Shown here: piece after piece, positions 34,664 through 43,226 of the stretch
Layout of the letters: every line of letters starts with the position of its first letter
Position numbering within the stretch: position 1 is the first letter of the stretch
Origin: Nitrospirota bacterium
GTDB lineage: Bacteria > Nitrospirota > UBA9217
Direction: 5' to 3'
DNA length: 64,000 nt
NCBI GenBank assembly: GCA_963790205.1
Contig: CAWBNQ010000008.1
Coordinates: 192,001 to 256,000 of the forward strand
Translations under genes and position numbers: made by a program
The notes under the pieces: model-generated
What the model was told of the DNA's origin: nothing
Databases searched by the model: none
What the model saw: only the letters and a program-made list of their open reading frames with translations

Positions 34664-35683
34664 ATGATATCCAAAGAGCTGGAAGCCGTTGCATGGTCCT
34701 TGGTAGAGGAAGGCAAGGGGATCCTGGCGGCCGACGAGAGCTTTCCGACGATCCAGAAACGCTTTACTGCGCTGAACATCGAATCATCGGAAGAGAACCG
34801 GCGCGCGTACCGTGAGCTGCTGTTCACAACGCCGGGTATCGAGGAGTTCATCAGCGGGGTCATCCTGTTCGACGAGACCATCCGCCAAAAGGCAAAGGAC
34901 AACAGGCCGTTCGTTGATGTTCTGAAAGGCAAAGGCATCATCCCCGGCATCAAGGTGGACAAGGGGACCATTGCCATGCCCGGCTTTCCGAACGAAAAGA
35001 TAACAGCAGGCCTCGACGGCCTGCGGGAGCGCCTGAAGGAATACCGCGACATGGGGGCAGGGTTCGCCAAGTGGCGGGCTGTCATAACCATCGGGCCCGG
35101 CCTTCCCACACGCGCAAACATCAATGCCAACGCCCATGCCCTTGCGCATTATGCCGCGCTTTCGCAGGAAGCGGGGCTGGTGCCTATCGTGGAACCGGAA
35201 GTATTGATGGACGGCGACCATGGCATCGAACGCTGCGAGGAAGCGACCCTGGCCGTGCTCGTCGGAGTGTTTCATGAACTCCGCGAGTACAACGTGGCGC
35301 TCGAAGGCATGCTGCTTAAGCCCAATATGGTCCTTGCGGGCAAAAAGTCCGCGAAGCAGGCAAGCGTCGACCAGGTGGCGGAAGCGACCTTAAGGACGCT
35401 CCGGCGCGCGGTACCGGCTGCGGTCCCGGGCATGGTGTTCCTTTCCGGCGGCCAGAGCCCTGAGCCGGCCACGGAGCACCTGAATGCCATGAACGCGATG
35501 GGTGCGCAACCCTGGGAGATCAGCTTCTCCTTCGGGCGGGCGCTGCAGGATCCCGCGCTCAAGGCCTGGAAGGGATCAGCAGCGAACATTGCTGCGGCAC
35601 AGATGCAGCTCTATCAACGGGCGAAGTGCAACGGCGCGGCGCGCTCCGGCAAGTATTCGGGTACGATGGAGAAGGCCGCGTAG
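34664..35683 (+). CDS. Fructose-bisphosphate aldolase, class I
   Basis: GKGILAADES, IKVDKG, AKWR, PIVEPE, LKPNM, FLSGGQ, FSFGRALQ. Confidence 0.95.
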   Translation: MISKELEAVAWSLVEEGKGILAADESFPTIQKRFTALNIESSEENRRAYRELLFTTPGIEEFISGVILFDETIRQKAKDNRPFVDVLKGKGIIPGIKVDKGTIAMPGFPNEKITAGLDGLRERLKEYRDMGAGFAKWRAVITIGPGLPTRANINANAHALAHYAALSQEAGLVPIVEPEVLMDGDHGIERCEEATLAVLVGVFHELREYNVALEGMLLKPNMVLAGKKSAKQASVDQVAEATLRTLRRAVPAAVPGMVFLSGGQSPEPATEHLNAMNAMGAQPWEISFSFGRALQDPALKAWKGSAANIAAAQMQLYQRAKCNGAARSGKYSGTMEKAA

Positions 35684-35813
35684 TAAGTTAAGTAAAATCT
35701 GCAAGCTGTTCTCTGAGTACTCTGTGTTCTCTGTGGTAAAAAAGGTTTTAGTTTCGGCTTGTCCGGTTCAGGTATCTGGAACAGAAGCAAAATCTCATCA
35801 AGGAGGCACTATT

Positions 35814-36131
35814 ATGCCGTCACTCGAAAGTGTGAAGAAATCAGTCTCGTCAGGCATGAAGTCGAAGGCCCGTGAGCAGTATGTAGAGTTCACGTATTTT
35901 GCGCCGAACGCAAAAAAGGTCTGTCTCGCCGGAACGTTCAATGCATGGAACACCAAGGCGCTGCCTATGCAGAAAGGCAACGACGGCACCTGGAAAGTCA
36001 AGGTGATGTTGCCGCCGGGAAAGCACGAGTATAAATATTTCGTGGACAATGCCTGGAGCGAAAGGGTCCCCGGCGCCGAGATGATGCCGAATGCGTTCGG
36101 GACCAGCAATTGTGTGATGGCCGTCAAGTAA
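35814..36131 (+). CDS. Glycogen-binding (CBM48/AMPK-beta-like) small protein
   Basis: AKKVCLAGTFNAW, GTWKV, YKYFVD, NAFG. Confidence 0.85.
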   Translation: MPSLESVKKSVSSGMKSKAREQYVEFTYFAPNAKKVCLAGTFNAWNTKALPMQKGNDGTWKVKVMLPPGKHEYKYFVDNAWSERVPGAEMMPNAFGTSNCVMAVK

Positions 36132-36300
36132 GCCCGCCTTGCGTCCGACACCATTCATCTCAGGGCATGATCATGGCTCATGCCCTGAGATATCCTGCCG
36201 GAGGAAGAGCCGCTCTTTCGGCTGCCGAACTGCTTCTGTCTTCGATCCGTTGATTCTTCCTTTTCTCTTTTCCCCAGCCGGTGTATAATGTCGTCACTTC

Positions 36301-37068
36301 ATGAAATCCAAGACCGAAGCCATCATCATCAGCAGCATGAACCTGGGCGAAGCGGACAAGCTCGTCGCCTTCTTCTCGCTCGACCGGGGAATGCTCAAAG
36401 GCGTGGCCAAGAACGCGCGAAAGTCCTTCAAGCGCTTCGGCGCGGGGCTCGAGAGCTTTACCCTCTCCCGGCTCCATCTCTATGAGCGCGAGCATCAGGA
36501 GCTGGCGCGGATCGAGTCCGCGGACATCATCGAGCAGCACTCCGCCATCAGCGCCGACCTGGGCCGCGCCGCGGCCGGGGCGGTCATGATCGAGCTGGTG
36601 CGGGAAATGGCGCCGCTGGGGGAGCGCAACGCCCCGGCTTTCCTGCTCCTCGCCCAGGTGCTTCACCTTCTGGACCAGGGCGAAGATCCGGCCTTTCTGC
36701 TCAGGATCTTCGAAATAAAGTTCCTGTCGCTTCTGGGATACCAGCCCAGGCTGGAACACTGCCTTTCGTGCGGAGCATTGCCGAAAGGGGAGATGATCTT
36801 CGAGAGCATGAAGGGCGGCGTGCTCTGTCCTGATTGCGTGGTGTCCTCCGGCGATCCGCAGGTGCGCCTGTCTTCCGGCGCAGTCGGTTTCTACTACCAG
36901 TCTCTCAGGATGGAGATGGACAAGGTGTGCAGGCTCAAGCCATCCGCCGGCATCATGCGGGAGCTCGACCAGACATTCTCGGCGCACACGTTCCACATCC
37001 TCGGGAAAAGGCTCAAGTCCATGGAGTTTCTCCGAACAATAAACTCGCTCGAAAAGGCGGCAGGATAA
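36301..37068 (+). CDS. recO: DNA repair protein RecO
   Basis: GEADKLV, GVAKNARKS, GYQP with CxxC...CxxC zinc motif. Confidence 0.92.
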   Translation: MKSKTEAIIISSMNLGEADKLVAFFSLDRGMLKGVAKNARKSFKRFGAGLESFTLSRLHLYEREHQELARIESADIIEQHSAISADLGRAAAGAVMIELVREMAPLGERNAPAFLLLAQVLHLLDQGEDPAFLLRIFEIKFLSLLGYQPRLEHCLSCGALPKGEMIFESMKGGVLCPDCVVSSGDPQVRLSSGAVGFYYQSLRMEMDKVCRLKPSAGIMRELDQTFSAHTFHILGKRLKSMEFLRTINSLEKAAG

Positions 37069-37251
37069 CCACAGAGACACGGAGTCACGCAGAAAAGCAA
37101 TATCAAATTTGCTATTACCGTAAAAATCAGATTTAACCACAGGGCCTCGGAGGACGCTGGAGGGAACCGTTTCATTATTAAATTTATTTCTCTGTGTCTC
37201 AGTGCCTCTGTGGTAAAAAAAGTTTTCATCGAGAAATGAGCAAAATTCATT

Positions 37252-37280
37252 TTGACTTTGGAGCGGCGCTGTGATATAAA
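37252..37280 (+). promoter_or_regulatory. Putative sigma70 promoter of the btu operon
   Basis: TTGACT-17 nt-TATAAA with extended TG, just before the riboswitch. Confidence 0.55.
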
Positions 37281-37299
37281 ACCATCACCTATACGAACG

Positions 37300-37466
37300 A
37301 CCACATCCAGGCGAAGGGAATCCCGTGAAAATCGGGAGCGGACCCGCCGCTGTAATCCCGGCCCCGCAGAAAGCGGGGTCTTATATCTCTGTCGAAACAG
37401 GCCACTGACCTTTATTGGTTGGGAAGGCGGGCAGGGAGGGGAGAGCCAGAAGACCTGTCTGGATGT
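37300..37466 (+). ncRNA. Cobalamin riboswitch 1
   Basis: AGGGAA-CCCGTGAAAATCGGG, GCCGCTGTAA, GCCACTG, GGGAAGG, AGCCAGAAGACCTG B12-box; upstream of btuFCD. Confidence 0.9.
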
Positions 37467-37517
37467 TCTCGCACAGTCTTCGGCGTTAAGATCCTGTGTG
37501 GGTTAATAGCATCTATT

Positions 37518-37560
37518 AATCCCCAGTCTTCTCGAGAAGACTGGGGATTTTTGTTTTTTC
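37518..37560 (+). terminator. Intrinsic terminator (riboswitch expression platform)
   Basis: AATCCCCAGTCTTC...GAAGACTGGGGATT stem followed by a T tract. Confidence 0.8.
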
Positions 37561-37644
37561 ACTGCAGGGACACAGAGAGCGCAGAGCTATTTAATTTAAA
37601 ATCATATTTTATCCATGTAAATCAGTGCCCAAGGTTTTTGACTT

Positions 37645-38532
37645 ATGAAAAAACTTTTTATCATCATATCGCTTGTTCTCGGCATAACGCATTTTGCCGA
37701 TACAGCCGAACTTGCTTCGCCCCCGAAGCGGATCGTGTCGCTTGCGCCGAGCATGACGGAGATCCTCTATGCCCTGGGGCTCGGGGACAACATCGTGGGC
37801 GTGACCACGTTCTGCGATTCTCCTGAGGAGGCGAAGAAGAAACCGAAGATAGGCGGCATGTCCAATCCCTCGCTGGAAGCCGTGATCTCGTTAAAACCCG
37901 ATATGGTCGTATTGACAACCGACGGCAATCCGAAGGAATTTGAGGAGCGGCTCGTTTCATTAAAGATCAATACCTTCGTATTTCAAGCCCGCAGACTTTC
38001 TGAACTTCCTCAGGGCATCAGGGAATTGGGCGCGGCGCTCAGGGTAAAAGAAAAGTCGGAAACGCTGGCAAAGGAAATTGAAGTTGGCGTCAACAATTTT
38101 AAAACAAAGTTCGCAATCCGCACACCCTGCACTCGCGGGTCCACTCGTAAACGCGGGTGCAAGGTTCCGCAATCCGCAATTCACAAGAAGGTCCTTTTCA
38201 TCGTCTGGCCGGAGCCGCTTATCGTTGCCGGGCCCGGCACGGTCATCGACGACGCCATTACGCTGCTGGGGCAGGAGAACATCGCGGCGTCGGCGAAGAC
38301 CGCGTATCCCAAGTATTCGATCGAAGAAGTCATCCATCGTGCGCCTGACGTCATTTTCATCGGCAGGTCCATGGGAATGGATATGCGATCCGTTTCGGAG
38401 GGCGTCCTCGCCAGGATGGGCTCGGTGCCGGCGATCAGAAGCGGCCACGTCTTTTACGTGAGCGATAAACTGTTCCGTCTCGGCCCCCGGGTCGTCAAGG
38501 GTATCGAGGAGCTTGCCGAATGTCTAAAGTAA
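37645..38532 (+). CDS. btuF: Cobalamin ABC transporter substrate-binding protein with a repeat-derived insertion
   Basis: RIVSLAPSMTE, VGVT, RLGPR; downstream of a B12 riboswitch. Confidence 0.85.
   Translation: MKKLFIIISLVLGITHFADTAELASPPKRIVSLAPSMTEILYALGLGDNIVGVTTFCDSPEEAKKKPKIGGMSNPSLEAVISLKPDMVVLTTDGNPKEFEERLVSLKINTFVFQARRLSELPQGIRELGAALRVKEKSETLAKEIEVGVNNFKTKFAIRTPCTRGSTRKRGCKVPQSAIHKKVLFIVWPEPLIVAGPGTVIDDAITLLGQENIAASAKTAYPKYSIEEVIHRAPDVIFIGRSMGMDMRSVSEGVLARMGSVPAIRSGHVFYVSDKLFRLGPRVVKGIEELAECLK
38121..38164 (+). repeat. ~45-bp dispersed element, copy 3, inside btuF
   Basis: CACACCCTGCACTCGCGGGTCCACTCGTAAACGCGGGTGCAAGG. Confidence 0.8.
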
Positions 38533-39485
38533 GAATCGTACTTTTGATCGTCTTCGCAATCCTGATCGCGGCGGGGTCCGTATTTTTCGGGCCGCGGGTC
38601 ATCAGTCCGTTCGGCATGAGCGATACGGACCGGGAGATTCTTATTTCCATCCGGCTGCCGCGGGTGCTCGTCGCATTTCTCATGGGCATGGCGCTCGGCG
38701 CGTCGGGCGCGCTTTTGCAGGGGATCCTCCGGAACCCGCTTGCCGACCCCTATATCCTCGGCATATCGAGCGGGGCGTCGCTCACGGCGGCGCTCGGCAT
38801 CATCGGCGGTTTCTCCTTTCTCGGGTCTTTTACCGTGCCGGCGATGGCCTTTGTGGGCGCCGCGGTCACCGGCGGCATCGTGGGGGTGATGGGGTGGAAA
38901 CGGGGGGGGCTCTGGCCTGAGCGCCTTCTTCTCGCGGGCGTGGGCCTGAGCTTTCTCTTCTCAGCTCTTCTTATGCTCATGATGAGCATCTCGACCGATG
39001 AGGGCCTTCGGCGGGCCATGCTCTGGATCTTCGGGGACCTGTCCATGTCCGAGTGGTCCCGCATCCCCTACGGGCTTGCCTTTGTCGCAGCCGGCCTTCT
39101 CTTGTCCGCAACGAGGGCAAAGGCCTTGAACGCGCTCATTCTGGGAGACGAGTTTGCCCACAGCCTGGGCTTCGCGCCGCAGCGGGAACGGCTCATTCTC
39201 TTCGTCTCCGTGGGCCTCATGACCGCAGCCTCGGTCTCGCTCGGCGGCATGATCGGCTTTATCGGCCTTCTCATCCCGCATATTATGCGTTTTTTTCTCG
39301 GGGCCGACAGCAGGCTGCTGATCCCCGCTTCAGCCCTGGGCGGCGGTTCGCTCCTCTGCGTCGCCGATCTTGTGAGCAGGTCGGCGCTGCCCCCGATGGA
39401 ACTTCCGGCCGGCGTGATCACGGCCATCATCGGCGCGCCCTATTTTCTGTATTTGCTCAGGAGGAAGAATGTCCTCAGCATCTAA
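38520..39485 (+). CDS. btuC: Cobalamin ABC transporter permease (FecCD family)
   Basis: RLPR, RNPLADPYILGISSGA, IGFIGL..PH, ELPAG. Confidence 0.88.
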   Translation: MSKVRIVLLIVFAILIAAGSVFFGPRVISPFGMSDTDREILISIRLPRVLVAFLMGMALGASGALLQGILRNPLADPYILGISSGASLTAALGIIGGFSFLGSFTVPAMAFVGAAVTGGIVGVMGWKRGGLWPERLLLAGVGLSFLFSALLMLMMSISTDEGLRRAMLWIFGDLSMSEWSRIPYGLAFVAAGLLLSATRAKALNALILGDEFAHSLGFAPQRERLILFVSVGLMTAASVSLGGMIGFIGLLIPHIMRFFLGADSRLLIPASALGGGSLLCVADLVSRSALPPMELPAGVITAIIGAPYFLYLLRRKNVLSI

Positions 39486-40245
39486 AGCGTCAATCCTTGA
39501 GCTTGAACGGGCCGCTTACTCCTACGAAAAGAACACGGTGTTCATCCGCGATCTGTCATGTGCCGTATACGAGGGCGATTTTATCGGTCTTCTGGGCGCG
39601 AACGGCTCGGGCAAGTCGACGATCATGAAGCTGGGATGCGGGATTCTCAAACCCTCCTCGGGCACGGTCTCGCTCTGGGGCAAGGTCCTCGATACCTTCA
39701 ACGGCCGGGACCGCGCAAAGCTGATCAGTTATCTCCCGCAAACACTCGATATCACGGTGCCGTTCACGGTCAGGGAACTGGTGAGCATGGGGCTGTATCC
39801 CTACGACATTCCTCCGGCAATGGGCGTTGATGAAGCGTTGGACATGGTCGGCCTCATGGGAAAGTCCCGCGCTCACCTGACGGACCTCTCCGGCGGAGAG
39901 AGGCGGCGGACCTTCATCGCCATGACGCTCGTGCAGGGCGCGGGATTGCTCCTTCTCGACGAGCCACTTGCCAACCTCGACATAAAATACCAGATCGAGC
40001 TGGTAAGGCTCCTCAAGAAGCTTCGGGCATCGAAGAACATCACCGTGGTCATGGCGCTCCACGACATCAATATTGCGCTCCAGTTCGACACGGTGATGCT
40101 GATCAAGGACGGCGGCATTATCGGCACGGGCAGGCCCGAGACGATATTGACACGAGATATGCTGAAGCAGGCGTTCGATGTGAACATGGAAGTCAGGCGA
40201 TCTGAAGAGGGCAACACCTACGTGAGTTTCGGAAATAATTTCTGA
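39469..40245 (+). CDS. btuD: Cobalamin ABC transporter ATPase
   Basis: GANGSGKST, LSGGE, LLDEP, HD. Confidence 0.88.
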   Translation: MSSASKASILELERAAYSYEKNTVFIRDLSCAVYEGDFIGLLGANGSGKSTIMKLGCGILKPSSGTVSLWGKVLDTFNGRDRAKLISYLPQTLDITVPFTVRELVSMGLYPYDIPPAMGVDEALDMVGLMGKSRAHLTDLSGGERRRTFIAMTLVQGAGLLLLDEPLANLDIKYQIELVRLLKKLRASKNITVVMALHDINIALQFDTVMLIKDGGIIGTGRPETILTRDMLKQAFDVNMEVRRSEEGNTYVSFGNNF

Positions 40246-40257
40246 GGAGACTTCTGC

Positions 40258-40899
40258 ATGTATATTGTCTCATGGAGCGGCGGTAAGGACAGCTGCCTTG
40301 CCTGTTATCTCGCGATCAAGAAGGGGATGAAAATATCTCATCTGCTCCATTTCGACCGGCCGAACAATCTTCACGGCGTGGACCCGGCGATGATACGGCT
40401 TCAGGCGGAGCTCGCCGGCATTCCGATCGTACAACGAAAGGTCGTTTCCGAGGATTTTGAGCGCGAGTTCAAAAAAACAGTCGGCGAGCTCGCGAAGAGC
40501 GGAACCAAAGGAATGATATTCGGCGATATCTTTCTAGAGCCGCACAAGGAATGGGTGGACCGGACCTGTGCGGAGCTTGGCATCGAACCGATCGAGCCGC
40601 TCTGGGGAATGAAGACGGAAAACATCATGAAGGATTTTTTTAGTCTGGGGTTCGAGACCATTGTCGCGAGCGGAGATCAAAAGCTGATTGATGAGAAGTG
40701 GATAGGCCGGAATATGGACCCGGACTTTATCGGACACCTCCAATCCAAAAAGCTCGATGTGTGCGGCGAGAGAGGGGAATTCCACACGTTCGTTACGAAC
40801 GGGCCGCTTTTCCGGGGGAAGATAGAGATCACCGATTCAGCTGTCACGAGCAGGGACGGGTTCTGGTTTCTGGAAATACAAAAATTTAACGTAGTTTAG
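40258..40899 (+). CDS. Diphthine-ammonia ligase-like (Dph6/MJ0570) PP-loop ATPase
   Basis: SWSGGKDS, FGDI, PLW, CGERGEFHTFV..GP. Confidence 0.85.
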   Translation: MYIVSWSGGKDSCLACYLAIKKGMKISHLLHFDRPNNLHGVDPAMIRLQAELAGIPIVQRKVVSEDFEREFKKTVGELAKSGTKGMIFGDIFLEPHKEWVDRTCAELGIEPIEPLWGMKTENIMKDFFSLGFETIVASGDQKLIDEKWIGRNMDPDFIGHLQSKKLDVCGERGEFHTFVTNGPLFRGKIEITDSAVTSRDGFWFLEIQKFNVV

Positions 40900-40936
40900 C
40901 CAGTGGCGGCAATTTCAAAGCATAGAAGGGAAGAGC

Positions 40937-41342
40937 ATGACTCAAAGAGAGAAGGCAACCGCAGGCATAGTACCGATGAAATCAAAAACGTGGCCTTGGA
41001 TGACCAACAACCCCTGCCTTGCGCCGCCTCAGGGATTCAGCCGCCTCGTAATCGAAGCGGTAAAGGACGGATGCATGGAGGAAGACGCCAATAAAAACTG
41101 GCGGTGGTCGTTAGCCGCGACACCGATCGTCTTTCGGAAGAAGGTGTTCTGCGCGCAACCATAGAGACCCTCTCAGGTTCAGGAACGCGCGGGAAGTGAT
41201 CGCGGGACTTGAGCAAAAGGGGATACTCGTGCGGGACTGCTCGAACTTCACGGGCATGGACGATACCTGCATCCGGATCGCGATGCGATCGAGAAAAGAG
41301 AACAGGATACTCATGAAAGAAATGGCCGGTTTATGCGATTGA
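40937..41342 (+). pseudogene. Fused remnants: ThiC/Bza-family 5' end, CbiB internal fragment, CobD (Thr-phosphate decarboxylase) 3' end
   Basis: MTQREKATAGIV|TDEIKNVALD; LAVVVSRDTDRLSEEGVLRATIETL; GILVRDCSNFTGMDDTCIRIAMR...stop at 41342. Confidence 0.75.
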
Positions 41343-41351
41343 CACTGAGGG

Positions 41352-42914
41352 GTGAGTGTGGCTAAGGCACTCATGATACAAGGCACCGGCTCGGGTGTCG
41401 GAAAAAGCATTATCGTCGCCGGTCTCTGCAGGATCTTCCGCGACCAGGGCGTCAACGTCGCCCCCTTTAAGGCGCAGAACATGGCCTTGAACTCGTTCAT
41501 TACGCGAGAGGGCGGCGAGATCGGACGCGCCCAGGCGTATCAGGCCGAGGCGGCACGCGTCGAGCCGTCCGTGGATATGAACCCCGTATTGCTTAAGGCG
41601 ACGGGGGAGGCCGGCTGCCAGGTGGTCCTGAACGGCAAGGTCCATTCGAACATGCAGGCGCGGGAGTACTATTCATTCAAGAAAGAGGCATGGGCCGCGG
41701 TAACGGAAGCATATGAACGTTTATCAAAACGGCATGACCTCGTCATCATTGAAGGAGCCGGCAGCCCCGCGGAGATCAATCTCAGGAACGACGAGGTCGT
41801 GAACATGAGCGTTGCCCGGCATGCGAACGCGCCGGTGCTGCTCGTCGGGGACATCGACAAGGGGGGGGTGTTCGCCTCCCTGTACGGGACCATTGCGCTT
41901 TTAGATGATGAGGCCGATTACATCAAGGCGTTCATCATCAATAAATTCCGGGGGGACCTGTCGATCCTGGAGCCGGGGCTTGCGATGATACACGGGAAAA
42001 CAGGCAGGCCGGTCCTCGGCGTCATTCCCTATCTCGGCGATCTCGGCCTGCACGAGGAGGACGGTATCCCTCCCGAACGGCTCTGGTGCTCGAATAACGG
42101 GAAGTCCTCACAGCCGAGGATCAAGGTCGTGGTAATCAGGCTCAGGTATATTTCCAACTTCACGGATTTCGACCCGTTCCTGTACGAACAGGATGTCGAG
42201 CTGGTCTATTCCCTGCGGGACGTCGATATCGAGCATGCGGACCTCGTCATCATCCCGGGTTCGAAAAACACGGTACAGGACCTTTTGTTCCTGCGCGAAG
42301 CGGGCATTGAAAGAAGCATCCAAAGGGCCGTTGAAAAGGGCATTCCGCTCATCGGTATTTGCGGCGGCTACCAGATGCTCGGGAAGAAGATCCTCGATCC
42401 TCACGGCGTGGAAAGCGGGCAACGTGAAGTTCGCGGGCTGGAATATCTTGACGTTGAGACGATACTCGAGAGGACAAAAGTCACTTCACAGGTGGAAGCC
42501 TTTGCAAATACGGAATGCGGAATGTGGAATTCGGAATGGTGCGGCAATGACATCCTTAAAGGCTATGAGATTCATATGGGTAGGACAACGGGCGATGTGG
42601 GATTGTTCAAGCTCAAAAGGCTTGATGCGGATTCCATATTCGGCATTCCGCATTTCGAATTCGTGCCGGATGGTTCGCAAAAGGGCGCGGTCTGGGGCAC
42701 GTACCTGCACGGGATATTTGATAATGACCGGTTCAGACGGGGGCTCATCAATGATCTCCGGGCCAAACGGGGGTTGACGCACGTGGATGGTGCTACGGAT
42801 TTCGCGAAAGCACGAGATTTAGCTCTTGATAAATGGGCTGACGTCCTGCGGGAGAGTATTAATATGAGTTTCATACAGGAGCTTATCATAAGATCATCAA
42901 ATACGGCCCCGTGA
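41352..42914 (+). CDS. cobQ: Cobyric acid synthase
   Basis: QGTGSGVGKS, PFKAQNMALNS, EGAGSPAE, GICGGYQMLG, GYEIH, GTYLHG. Confidence 0.95.
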   Translation: MSVAKALMIQGTGSGVGKSIIVAGLCRIFRDQGVNVAPFKAQNMALNSFITREGGEIGRAQAYQAEAARVEPSVDMNPVLLKATGEAGCQVVLNGKVHSNMQAREYYSFKKEAWAAVTEAYERLSKRHDLVIIEGAGSPAEINLRNDEVVNMSVARHANAPVLLVGDIDKGGVFASLYGTIALLDDEADYIKAFIINKFRGDLSILEPGLAMIHGKTGRPVLGVIPYLGDLGLHEEDGIPPERLWCSNNGKSSQPRIKVVVIRLRYISNFTDFDPFLYEQDVELVYSLRDVDIEHADLVIIPGSKNTVQDLLFLREAGIERSIQRAVEKGIPLIGICGGYQMLGKKILDPHGVESGQREVRGLEYLDVETILERTKVTSQVEAFANTECGMWNSEWCGNDILKGYEIHMGRTTGDVGLFKLKRLDADSIFGIPHFEFVPDGSQKGAVWGTYLHGIFDNDRFRRGLINDLRAKRGLTHVDGATDFAKARDLALDKWADVLRESINMSFIQELIIRSSNTAP

Positions 42915-43015
42915 ACATTACATCGTTTTGTCGCAGGGACTGCGAAGGAGGTGTTGATCAAAATATCGAGCATGATCATTCAGACAGGAAGATGATAAAC
43001 ACGTAACTACAGTCC

Positions 43016-43197
43016 GGGAATGAAGAAGCGGAAGGGGGTGCGATTCCCCCGCTGTCGCGCAACTGTGATGGAAACGAAAGCCTGTTTTGCCACTGGAGGG
43101 ACAGTTCAAACGGTTTAAATTGTTTAACCGGCTTGAACCGTGTTTCCGGGAAGGCGGGCGAGTAGGACGTCCTAAGCCAGGAGACCTCTTCATTCCC
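43016..43197 (+). ncRNA. Cobalamin riboswitch 2
   Basis: GGAAGGGGTGCGATTCCCC, GCAACTGTGA, GCCACTGG, CCGGGAAGG, AGCCAGGAGACC; closing GGGAATGAAGA/TCTTCATTCCC helix; upstream of btuB. Confidence 0.9.
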
Positions 43198-43226
43198 AAA
43201 ACCTCGAAAGAAGGAGAGTCTATTAT

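Noticed and set aside
40903..41164. Two small novel ORFs (63 aa and 75 aa)
   Set aside because: Better explained as chimeric read-through of ThiC-like and CbiB-like remnants.
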